Part shown: piece by piece, positions 35,668 to 47,460 of the stretch
How the letters are laid out: each line of letters begins with the position of its first letter
Numbering within the stretch: position 1 is the stretch's first letter
Assembly (NCBI GenBank): GCA_004431415.1
Contig: QPMI01000334.1
Coordinates: 1-55,007 of the forward strand
Direction: 5' to 3'
Length of the DNA: 55,007 nt
From: Cyanophora paradoxa CCMP329
Taxonomy: Eukaryota > Plantae > Glaucophyta
Translations under genes and position numbers: made by a program
The notes under the pieces: model-generated
Told to the model about the DNA's origin: nothing
Database searches by the model: none
What the model saw: the letters and a program-made list of their open reading frames with translations, nothing else

Positions 35668-38600
35668 ATGGGCAGAAAAGGAGGCGTTGAGTCTTTTTAC
35701 AAGCGCGCTGGAACAGTTGCAGCAGGAAGCGACGGATTTGTCAAGTACGTTTCGACCAGCACGAAGCAGGAGAATGCCAAGCAGATGGTACATTAATTTG
35801 CGTTTTTGATCTGCAATCAACTCCAGGGCTCACGATGTAGCAGGTGGCCATCATTACCAATGATCCAGATAGTGAGTTATTTCTATGATTTTCTCTGAAG
35901 CCCAAAGCTCACGTTTTGCAAATCAGCCGGGAAAGTCGTTTGTTTTTTTGCTGTTTCTGGGGAAGACAGACAGTGTTTCTGGGGAAGACAGACAGCTGTC
36001 GAATGGACTGATTGGCTCAAGGTCGATGAGGCAACGAAGGCTGCTGTTTCTGGGGAAGACAGACAGTGTTTCTGGGGAAGACAGACAGCTGTCGAATGGA
36101 CTGATTGGCTCAAGGTCGATGAGGCAATGAAGGCGGAGCCATTCAAAACCAAGGATATCTACGCGGAACTTGAGAGCTTGGTCTGCCCCCTTGCCCCCTT
36201 CCCTCCCCCCTTCCCCCCCCCCCAATTGAATTCCAGAATCCATTTATTTTATATATTGCAGGCACTTGCAGCCAAGGGAGAAGTCTCGATCGTAGAGCTG
36301 CTGAGGATCCAGCAGGAGTACAATGTGTACCATCACAGTGACAAATCTGAGGACTACAGCGCGAGATTTACCTATCAGGACCTTGTGTCGTGTTTGCAGC
36401 CTTGCTGTATAACATTCCGGTTTGAGGTGTGTCGCCGCCATCTTTTGCAGAACTTCGCCATTTGATCTGTGATGCTGCAGTGCCTTGGCGGGAAGTACGA
36501 CAAGAAGGATGGCTGGGTTGTGGCAAAATCAGGGAACATGAAGGACATCGAAATTCTTGACAGGACAGCCGTTATCAGCCTGACGGATTACGTGACTGAG
36601 CTTCAAATCAACTCCCAACCCTCATCCTCCGTGAGGAAGCCTTTGTTCTGTGGTGCTCTTTATATCGAGAACCCCAATTTCGCGAGAATCGCCATCGATC
36701 ACTTCAATCGCGAGTCGCCTGGTGTTCAGGAGAAACACGTCAAGAAACTGTATGAAAAAAGGGTGAAATTCTCTCTGGCTCTCTGGCAGTTGAAAAGTTG
36801 CTTACTTTGTGCAGTTGAAGGGAAGTGGAGCAGAAAGTGATTCTGAAGATTCTGTGGTTCGGCGACGCTCATGCATTGCAAACCTGCAAAAATTCTCACA
36901 CTGTTGATCAGGCACCGCCAACAGGGAGCCGCAAACGAGGCATCTCCCAGAACCCTCCCACTGCCAATCCAGCACTTCGCGGCTCCCCAGACTTGAACAG
37001 TGTATGTCTGCAAACTTTGCCAACGGTTGCTTGTCTCACTTGCACACAGCCTGTCACATTGAAGCGTCCAGTCACCTATCAATGACCTGACAGTTCTTTG
37101 CCAGTAAAGCGTCCGTCATCTTTCAGTGCTACGTCCCGTCCGTCCCCTGGCCCATCTAGAGGCGTTCCGTCCCCTGGCCCGTCTGGAGGCGTCAGTCCCC
37201 TTCCTGGCCCATCTCGAATTTCTGGTCCATCTGCTCATGTGTGTTGCCACCCTTACATCAGCCTGTGCATTACTTACCTGCACGCAGCCTGCGCCAATGT
37301 CATCATCCCTGCAATTGGCAGTTAGTTTCTTTGATTTACACTGATTTAACGGCTCGAGCTTCTCTGATGGGGCTCGGGCTGCTTTTGAATCAGACCGGGC
37401 TCAACGAGCTTGGCGGAGGATTCTTTGACGTGAGCTTCTGCAAGATGTTGGCTATATTGCAACATGCTTACCTCAGTGTCAGTTCATGAAGGTTGGAAAG
37501 AGCACAAGTCCCATGCACCTATCTGGAGAGCGAGATGCGGTTCATCCGTGCCCACCACAGCCCCCTGGACAGCGCCTTCCGTGCCCACCACGCCCCCTGG
37601 ACAGCGCCTTCCGCCTTCTTCGGTCTGTGAGAGCACTGCACCTTGTTGTATGAGGGCTAACCCTGCCTATAGTCTCGCACTCCAGCAGCTCCAACGCCTC
37701 GCACTCCAGCAGCTCCAACGCCTTGCACTCCAGACCCTCCCACGCCCGACCAGGCAGTCCAAAGTGCTCTAAACAACTACCCTCTGAAGGATGTGTATGG
37801 GGTTCTCAGCAAGGTGTACGTCAAGCTTTCATCTTCCTTTTGTTTGCTCTAATGTGTGATCATTGGTCATATTGCGCAGTGTGATTTCCACTCTTGCGGG
37901 TGCTGCAGCAGCACAGAAGCAACTGCAGGAGCAGCGCAACAAGTCCAGCCAGCTCGAGTCTGAAAACCGCGAGGTGCTCGTGCTCTGTTGTGTTCTGTAA
38001 CCTGTTCTACTTGTGCCTTAGGTGATTCTTCAGATGGCGGCCAAGATGTCCGCTGTAGAGGAACAGAATACCAATCTCCAGGCCCAGGTACAGCTGGCTT
38101 CTTTGGTTGTCCAATTTTTCCCGTGCATTTCCACTCACTTTTACATCAGATGTCGGAAATGAACGAGTTGCACACGCGTTACGACGATTTCATATCTCGC
38201 CATAAGTGCCTATTCTGCAAGGTGGCTCTTTGGATTGTCTAGATACTTTGTCCCACTCTGCACGCGTCCTCACACTGCTCCAGCATCATTTGGCCACCCC
38301 AGCTGCCTTTAGAAAGCTTTTCGTCCAGCTCGACCTCGTTCATTCCAGCTCCCAGATCATCACGTTTTGCTGCACCAAGTGCGGATTGTCGATGCACCGC
38401 GACTGCCTCAACAACATCCAGGAGCTGATTGAAACCAAGAGAATGACACACAAGGAACTCTTGGCATGCTCACAGGGGGGTCTCCATGATTTCTGTCCAA
38501 CCCCGGATTACTGGCCCGACACAGTCCATCTCTGTGCATTCCCGATTGCGCTTTGTGTTGCTGCTCACGCACCACCAACAGTTCAAGCGATCCATGTTCT

Positions 38601-39069
38601 TCAACTCTACTTTTGTTTGTGATGTGGACAACTGTTCCTGCCAGATCAGCGGCTTCGACCTCCAACACCATTTCGAGGAGCACCACGCGGACAAGTACCG
38701 TGAACACTTGAGTCGCCGTGGTGAGCATCCTGTGTCACTGCTCGCCTTGTGGCAATAACGCATCTTGCAGAGAGGGAAGAGTGCGCTCATCCTGCAGAGC
38801 CTGCACCGGAGCTTGTGGAGCCCGCACCGGAGCTTGTGGAGCCCGCACCGGAGCTTGAGTATGGACAGGATCAGGAGGACATGCAAAAGAAAGGTGCTGC
38901 TTTGCCCCTGTGCTCTGCTTGTGCACTAAGACTGGCTTCAGGAGACGAGCCCGGGAGCCAGGGGTCTACGTTTGAGCCATTGCAACCACCTGAAGAGCTA
39001 ATTGAACGACCTGCAAAGACTCTTAGGCTGTCGGGAGACGAGGTGGTGCGCAACCAGGCAGCGGAGTAA
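35668..39069 (+). CDS. Large multi-exon protein: coiled coil + RING/PHD-like Cys/His domain + C2H2/SIAH-like finger
   Basis: AQKQLQEQRNKSSQLESENRE and MSEMNELHTRYDDF coiled coil; CLFCK...CCTKCGLSMHRDCL...C; FVCDVDNCSCQISGFDLQHHFEEHH; EPAPELV x3 tail. May be more than one gene. Confidence 0.55.
35950..36128 (+). repeat. 93 bp tandem duplication with a nested 22 bp duplication
   Basis: CTGTTTCTGGGGAAGACAGACAG units at 35951 and 36044, each internally doubled. Confidence 0.92.
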
Positions 39070-40049
39070 AGAGTCCCGGCTCCCTCCGGACGCTGAGTCT
39101 AGTGCGGAACTGGGCAGCCGGCCTTAGTGCTGAAACTAGGCAGCTGGCGGCGGCGCTCGGGCCGCGGCAGCCAGCTTTATTTCCTCCGAGACCCCTCTCC
39201 CCCCGTCCCCCCTTTCTCTCAAGCCCAACCTGGCAGAAAGTGCCCTCCCCCTCTTCCCCCCCCCCACCCCACCCACCCACCAGGGCCACGGACAACATTG
39301 CTCCCCTTGCTCAGACCCTCCGACGCTACAGACAGATCGCTGCTAGCTAGGTTAGGGCGTCCTCTTTCTAGAGCAGCTAGAGCAGGCCTGGGTGAAAAAT
39401 TTAAAGCGAACCGGACCGCATCCAATGCAGAGCGCAACTGCATGTGTAATTGCGAGTGCAGCCAGGCCTAGGTGATCATGAGGGTCTAATCTAATTAAGG
39501 AGCCCCAAGGATGCCAAGCAATGCCAAGGCCCCCGAGACTAGCATGTGGCCCGGCGCCGGCCGGCCGGGTGTCTCTTCAAGATTTCGAGCCCTCGCGAGG
39601 CCATTCCCTCTTGACCAAAGCTCTTCCAGATTTCGAAAAGAAAAGCAGTGCCTTGCGAACGCCTGGCCATGCGACCGTGGCGCTATATCTTGATCTTACA
39701 TGTACCACTATTACTGCTACCCAAGGGCAGGCACGCGCAGTGCCAAGGGCAGTTTGCACCTTCATACTCCGACGGCGTCGCCATCCTGGAGCTCGAGCCC
39801 GGCCTGTGACTGCCTGTGACAGCCTGTGACCTGTGACTGCCTGTCGTCCGACGGGGTACAGCGCTTTGACCAGCCGATCTCAGCGAGCATCTCGAACCAC
39901 GCAGCGCATCCGCTGCATCCGCAGCGCTTTGACCAGCCGATCTCAGCAAGCAATCTCCGCCGACCAGCACCCGCATCACGTCAACAACGGTGAGAAGAAC
40001 ATCCCACGTGCCGAGATTACGGCTTAAGCGGGCGCGGCAGGTGAGCACG

Positions 40050-40527
40050 TTCTGTAATCACAGCGGGTTCGAAGCGCAGCGCGTCTCCCTGACCCGGCAC
40101 CTTGAACCACGTCAAACTGACTTCCTGTCCCTGCAGTGAACGACATCGGCTACAAACGCAAACGATGGTTGAAGGTGCTTTCCTGCAACCTGTCGCGGCT
40201 CTCGCCCAGCTTTGGCGCCGGCCTGACTTCAAACGCAGTGCTTGCCGATCCTGGCCGGCTGGCATCCGTTCGTGCCCGCAAACACGTCGTTTTCGATCTC
40301 CTTGCGCTGTTATCTCCATTCGCAACCCTGCTGCCGCCACGGCCGGATAGCAGCAGCGCTGCGGCCGGTGAGCGTTTGGCCGCTGACAGGCACGCGCAGA
40401 GCGTAGGCGGCGGCTGCGGAGGCGAAGCAAGGTGATTTTCGTTTCTTCTCCTTTGAGCCAATCCCTCACTCCGCTGGCGGGCCAGGGAGCGGGCATGACT
40501 TGACCCCGCGAGCGCAACATCACCACC
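40050..40527 (+). repeat. Diverged partial copy of the palindrome arm (homolog of ~5985-6465), truncated by the satellite
   Basis: CGCTGACAGGCACGCGC..AGGCGGCGGCTGCGGAGGCGAAGCAAGGTG and CGCTGGCGGGCCAGGGAGCGGGC are shared with 6320-6435. Confidence 0.9.
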
Positions 40528-40530
40528 ATG

Positions 40531-43500
40531 GCCTTAGGCAGATGACCCACCCACCAGCAAATCACTCAGTCGAAGGCCCCAGGTTTCTGATCCGCCACAA
40601 AAAAAAAGAAGGATGCACCCCAAATCTCTACGGGGGGATATGCACAAGGCGATAGCCTTAGGCAGATGACCCACCCACGAGCAAGTCACTCAGTCGAAGG
40701 CCCCAGGTTTCCAATCTGTGGCAAAATAGAAGAAAGATGCACCCCAAATCTCTCTCGAGGAACATGCACAAGGCGCTAGCCTCAGGCAGATGACCCACCC
40801 TCCAGCAAGTCACTCAGTCGAAGGCCCCAGGATTCCAATCTGTGGCAAAATAGAAGAAGGATGACCCCAAATCTCTATGGGGGAATATGCACAAGGCGCT
40901 AGCCTTAGGCAGATGACCCACCCACCAGCAAGTCACTCAGTTGAAGGCCCCAGGATAAGGATCTGCCAGAAAATAGAAGAAAGATGCACCCCAAATCTCT
41001 CTGGGGGAATATGCACAAGGCGCTAGCCTTCGGCAGATGACCCACCCACCAGCAAGTCACTCAGTTGAAGGCCCCAGGTTTCCGATCTGCCACAAAATAG
41101 AAGAAAGATGCACCCCAAATCTCTCTGGGGGGATATGCATCAGGCACTAGTCATAGGCAGATGACCCACCCACCAGCAAGTCACTCAGTCAAATGCCCGG
41201 TTTTTGAATCTGCCACAAAATAGAAGAAAGATGCACCCCAAATCTCTCTGGGGGAATATGCACAAGGCGCTAGCCTCAGAAAGATGACCCACCCACCACC
41301 AAGTCACTCAGTCGAACGCCCCAGGTTTCCGATCTGCCACAAAAAAGAAGAAGGATGCACCCCAAATCTCTCTGGGGGAATATGCACAAGGCGCTAGCCT
41401 AAGGAAGATGAACCCACTCACCAGCAAGCCACTCAGTCAAAGGCCCCAGGTTTCTGATCCGCCACAAAATAAAAGAAGGATGCACCCAAAATCTCTCTGG
41501 GGGAATATGCATCAGGCGCTAGCCTTAGGCAGATGACCCACCCACCAGCAAGCCACTCACTCAAAGGCCCCAGGTTTCCGATCTGCCACAAAATAAAAGA
41601 AAGATGCACCCCAAATCTTTCTGGGGGGATATGCATCAGGCACTAGTCATAGGCAGATGACCCACCCACCAGCAAATCACTCAGTCGAAGGCCCCAGGAT
41701 AAGGATCTGCCAGAGAAAAGAAGAAAGATGCACCCCAAATCTCTCTGGGGGAATCTGCACAAGGCGCTAGCCTCAGAAAGATGACCCACCCACCACCAAG
41801 TCACTCAGTCGAACGCCCCAGGTTTCCGATCTGCCACAAAAAAGAAGAAGGATGCACCCAAAATCTCTCTGGGGGAATATGCACAAGGCGCTAGCCTTAG
41901 GCAGATGACCCACCCACCAGCAAATCACTCAGTCGAAGGCCCCAGGTTTCTGATCTGCCACAAAATAAAAGAAAGATGCACCCCAAATCTTTCTGGGGGG
42001 ATATGCATCAGGCGCTAGCCTTAGGCAGATGACCCACCCACCAGCAAGCCACTCAGTCAAAGGCCCCAGGTTTCCGATCTGCCACAAAATAGAAGAAGGA
42101 TGCACCCCAAATCTCTCTGGGGGATATGCATCAGGCGCTAGCCTTAAGCAGATGACCCACCCTCCAGCAAGTCACTCAGTCAAAGGCCCCAGGTTTCCGA
42201 TCTGTGGCAAAATAGAAGAAAGATGCACCCCAAATCTCTATGGGGAATATGCACAAGGCGCTAGCCTTAGGCAGATGACCCACCCACGAGCAAGTCACAC
42301 AGTCGAAGGCCCCAGGTTTCTGATCTGCCACAAAATAAAAGAAAGATGCACCCCAAATCTTCTGGGGGGATATGCATCAGGCGCTAGCCTTAGGCAGATG
42401 ACCCACCCACCAGCAAGCCACTCAGTCAAAGGCCCCAGGTTTCCGATCTGCCACAAAATAGAAGAAAGATGCACCCCAAATCTCTCTGGGGGGATATGCA
42501 TCAGGCACTAGTCATAGGCAGATGACCCACCCACCAGCAAGTCACTCAGTAGAAGGCTCCAGGTTTCCAATCTGCCAGAAAAAAGAAGGATGCACCCCAA
42601 ATCTCTCTGGGGGAATCTGCACAAGGCGCTAGCCTCAGAAAGATGACCCACCCACCACCAAGTCACTCAGTCGAACGCCCCAGGTTTCCGATCTGCCACA
42701 AAAAAGAAGAAGGATGCACCCCAAATCTCTCTGGGGGAATATGCACAAGGCGCTAGCCTAAGGAAGATGAACCCACCCACCAGCAAGCCACTCAGTCAAA
42801 GGCCCCAGGTTTCTGATCCGCCACAAAATAAAAGAAGGATGCACCCAAAATCTCTCTGGGGGAATATGCATCAGGCGCTAGCCTTAGGCAGATGACCCAC
42901 CCACCAGCAAGCCACTCAGTCAAAGGCCCCAGGTTTCCGATCTGCCACAAAATAAAAGAAAGATGCACCCCAAATGTTTCTGGGGGGATATGCATCAGGC
43001 ACTAGTCATAAGCAGATGACCCACCCACCAGCAAATCACTCAGTCAAAGGCCCCAGGATAAGGATCTGCCAGAGAAAAGAAGAAAGATGCACCCCAAATC
43101 TCTCTGGGGGAATCTGCACAAGGCGCTAGCCTCAGAAAGATGACACACCCACCACCAAGTCACTCAGTCGAACGCCCCAGGTTTCCGATCTGCCACAAAA
43201 AAGAAGAAGGATGCACCCAAAATCTCTCTGGGGGAATATGCACAAGGCGCTAGCCTCAGGCAGATGACCCACCCACCAGCAAGTCACTCAGTTGAAGGCC
43301 CCAGGATAAGGATCTGCCAGAGAAAAGAAGAAAGATGCACCCCAAATCTCTCTGGGGGAATCTGCACAAGGCGCTAGCCTCAGAAAGATGACCCACCCAC
43401 CACCAAGTCACTCAGTCGAACGCCCCAGGTTTCCGATCTGCCACAAAAAAGAAGAAGGATGCACCCAAAATCTCTCTGGGGGAATATGCACAAGGCGCTA

Positions 43501-46500
43501 GCCTTAGGCAGATGACCCACCCACCAGCAAGTCACTCAGTTGAAGGCCCCAGGATAAGGATCTGCCAGAGAAAAGAAGAAAGATGCACCCCAAATCTCTC
43601 TGGGGGAATCTGCACAAGGCGCTAGCCTCAGAAAGATGACCCACCCACCACCAAGTCACTCAGTCGAACGCCCCAGGTTTCCAATCTGCCACAAAAAAGA
43701 AGAAGGATGCACCCAAAATCTCTCTGGGGGAATATGCACAAGGCGCTAGCCTTAGGCAGATGACCCACCCACCAGCAAATCACTCAGTCGAAGGCCCCAG
43801 GTTTCTGATCTGCCACAAAATAAAAGAAAGATGCACCCCAAATCTTTCTGGGGGGATATGCATCAGGCGCTAGCCTTAGGCAGATGACCCACCCACCAGC
43901 AAGCCACTCAGTCAAAGGCCCCAGGTTTCCGATCTGCCACAAAATAGAAGAAGGATGCACCCCAAATCTCTCTGGGGGATATGCATCAGGCGCTAGCCTT
44001 AAGCAGATGACCCACCCTCCAGCAAGTCACTCAGTCAAAGGCCCCAGGTTTCCGATCTGTGGCAAAATAGAAGAAAGATGCACCCCAAATCTCTATGGGG
44101 GAATATGCACAAGGCGCTAGCCTTAGGCAGATGACCCACCCACGAGCAAGTCACACAGTCGAAGGCCCCAGGTTTCTGATCTGCCACAAAATAAAAGAAA
44201 GATGCACCCCAAATCTTCTGGGGGGATATGCATCAGGCGCTAGCCTTAGGCAGATGACCCACCCACCAGCAAGCCACTCAGTCAAAGGCCCCAGGTTTCC
44301 GATCTGCCACAAAATAGAAGAAAGATGCACCCCAAATCTCTCTGGGGGGATATGCATCAGGCACTAGTCATAGGCAGATGACCCACCCACCAGCAAGTCA
44401 CTCAGTAGAAGGCTCCAGGTTTCCAATCTGCCAGAAAAAAGAAGGATGCACCCCAAATCTCTCGGGGGGAATCTGCACAAGGCGCTAGCCTCAGAAAGAT
44501 GACCCACCCACCACCAAGTCACTCAGTCGAACGCCCCAGGTTTCCGATCTGCCACAAAAAAGAAGAAGGATGCACCCCAAATCTCTCTGGGGGAATATGC
44601 ACAAGGCGCTAGCCTAAGGAAGATGAACCCACCCACCAGCAAGCCACTCAGTCAAAGGCCCCAGGTTTCTGATCCGCCACAAAATAAAAGAAGGATGCAC
44701 CCAAAATCTCTCTGGGGGAATATGCATCAGGCGCTAGCCTTAGGCAGATGACCCACCCACCAGCAAGCCACTCAGTCAAAGGCCCCAGGTTTCCGATCTG
44801 CCACAAAATAAAAGAAAGATGCACCCCAAATGTTTCTGGGGGGATATGCATCAGGCACTAGTCATAGGCAGATGACCCACCCACCAGCAAATCACTCAGT
44901 CAAAGGCCCCAGGATAAGGATCTGCCAGAGAAAAGAAGAAAGATGCACCCCAAATCTCTCTGGGGGAATCTGCACAAGGCGCTAGCCTCAGAAAGATGAC
45001 CCACCCACCACCAAGTCACTCAGTCGAACGCCCCAGGTTTCCGATCTGCCACAAAAAAGAAGAAGGATGCACCCAAAATCTCTCTGGGGGAATATGCACA
45101 AGGCGCTAGCCTCAGGCAGATGACCCACCCACCAGCAAGTCACTCAGTTGAAGGCCCCAGGATAAGGATCTGCCAGAGAAAAGAAGAAAGATGCACCCCA
45201 AATCTCTCTGGGGGAATCTGCACAAGGCGCTAGCCTCAGAAAGATGACCCACCCACCACCAAGTCACTCAGTCGAACGCCCCAGGTTTCCGATCTGCCAC
45301 AAAAAGAAGAAGGATGCACCCCAAATCTCTCTGGGGGAATATGCACAAGGCGCTAGCCTTAGGCAGATGACCCACCCACCAGCAAGCCACTCAGTCAAAG
45401 GCCCCAGGTTTCCGATCTGCCACAAAATAGAAGAAGGATGCACCCCAAATCTCTCTGGGGGGATATGCATCAGGCGCTAGCCTTAAGCAGATGACCCACC
45501 CTCCAGCAAGTCACTCAGTCAAAGGCCCCAGGTTTCCGATCTGTGGCAAAATAGAAGAAAGATGCACCCCAAATCTCTATGGGGGAATATGCACAAGGCG
45601 CTAGCCTTAGGCAGATGACCCACCCACGAGCAAGTCACTCAGTCAAAGGCCCCAGGTTTCTGATCTGCCCCAAAATAAAAGAAAGATGCACCCCAAATCT
45701 TCTGGGGGGATATGCATCAGGCGCTAGCCTTAGGCAGATGACCCACCCACCAGCAAGCCACTCAGTCAAAGGCCCCAGGTTTCCGATCTGCCACAAAATA
45801 GAAGAAAGATGCACCCCAAATCTCTCTGGGGGGATATGCATCAGGCACTAGTCATAGGCAGATGACCCACCCACCAGCAAGTCACTCAGTAGAAGGCTCC
45901 AGGTTTCCAATCTGCCAGAAAAAAGAAGAAAGATGCACCCCAAATCTCTCTGGGGGAATATGCACAAGGCGCTAGCCTTAGACAGATGACCCACCCACCA
46001 CCAAGTCACTCAGTCGAACGTCCCAGGTTTCCGATCTGCCACAAAAAAGAAGAAGGATGCACCCCAAATCTCTCTGGGGGAATATGCACAAGGCGCTAGC
46101 CTAAGGAAGATGAACCCACCCACCAGCAAGCCACTGAGTCAAAGGCCCCAGGTTTCTGATCCGCCACAAAATAAAAGAAGGATAATACCCATATCTCTCT
46201 GGGGGAACATGCACAAGGTGCTAGCCTTAGGCAGATGACCCACCCACCAGCAAATCACTCAGTCGAAGGCCCCAGGTTTCCGATCTGCCACAAAATAGAA
46301 GAAAGATGCACCCCAAATCTCTCTGGGGGGATATGCATCAGGCGCTAGCCTTAGGCAGATGACCCACCCTCCAGCAAGTCACTCAGTCAAAGGCCCCAGG
46401 TTTCGGATCTGTGGCAAAATAGAAGAAAGATGCACCCCAAATCTCTCTGGGGGAATATGCACAAGGCGCTAGCATTAGGCAGATGAGCCACCCACCAGCA

Positions 46501-47380
46501 AGTCACTCAGTTGAAGGCCCCAGGATAAGTATCTGCCACAAAACAAAAGAAGGATGGCCTCAGTTGAAGGCCCCAGGTTTCCGATCTGTGGCAAAATAGA
46601 AGAAGGATGCACCCCAAATCTCTCTGGGGGGATATGCATCAGGCGCTAGCCTTAGGCAGATGACCCACCCTCCAGCAAGTCACTCAGTCAAAGGCCCCAG
46701 GTTTCCGATCTGTGGCAAAATAGAAGAAGGATGCACCCCAAATCTCTCTGGGGGAATACGCACAAGGCGCTAGCCTTAGAAAGATGCATCCCACATCTTT
46801 GGGGGAATATGCACAAGGAGCTAGCCTGAGAAGATGACCCACCCACCAGCAAGTCACTCAGAAGGAGGCCCAAGGTTTAGGATCTGTGACAAAATACAGA
46901 GAGATTTGGGGTGCGTCTTTCTTGTATTTTGTCACAGATCTTAATTGTTGGGCCTCCTTCTGAGTTACTTGCTGGTGGGTGGGTAACTCATCTTCCTCAC
47001 ACCCACCAGCAAGTCACTCAGTCAAAGGCCCCAGGTTTCTGATCTGCCACAAAATAGAAGAAGATGCACCCCAAATCTCTCTGGGGGAATATCCACAAGG
47101 TGCTTGCCTTAGGCAGATGAACACACCCACCAGCAAGTCACTCAACCGGAGGCCCCAGGTTTAGGATGTTTCTTTTCTAGTCCCTGACGTGGGGTCTAGC
47201 CTTAGGCAGATGACCCTTCCAACCAGCAAGTCACTCAGTCGAATCCCCCAGGTTTCCGATCTGCCACAAAAAAGAAGAAAGATGCACCCCAAATCTCTAT
47301 GGGGGAATATGCACAAGGCGCTAGCCTTAGGCAGATGACCCACCCACCAGCAAGTCACTCAACCTGAGGCCCCAGGTTTA
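40531..47380 (+). repeat. ~124 bp satellite, subfamily A, with a ~1855 bp (15-mer) higher-order repeat
   Basis: Monomer GCTAGCCTTAGGCAGATGACCCACCCACCAGCAAGTCACTCAGTC.AAGGCCCCAGGTTTCCGATCTGCCACAAAATAGAAGAAAGATGCACCCCAAATCTCTCTGGGGGAATATGCACAAGGC. Matching ORFs at 42029/43884 and 42792/44648. Confidence 0.98.
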
Positions 47381-47460
47381 GGATGTTTCTTTTCTAGTCC
47401 CGGACGTGGGGTCGGCCCCCCCCACCCCCTGATTTCCCACTGCAGCCGCGGGGGGAGCGT

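Noticed and set aside
7000-40000. Transposase, reverse transcriptase, Rep/helicase or viral core genes
   Set aside because: No DDE, KDZ, YxDD, HUH or capsid motifs were recognised by eye, so a mobile-element call cannot be made as a feature.
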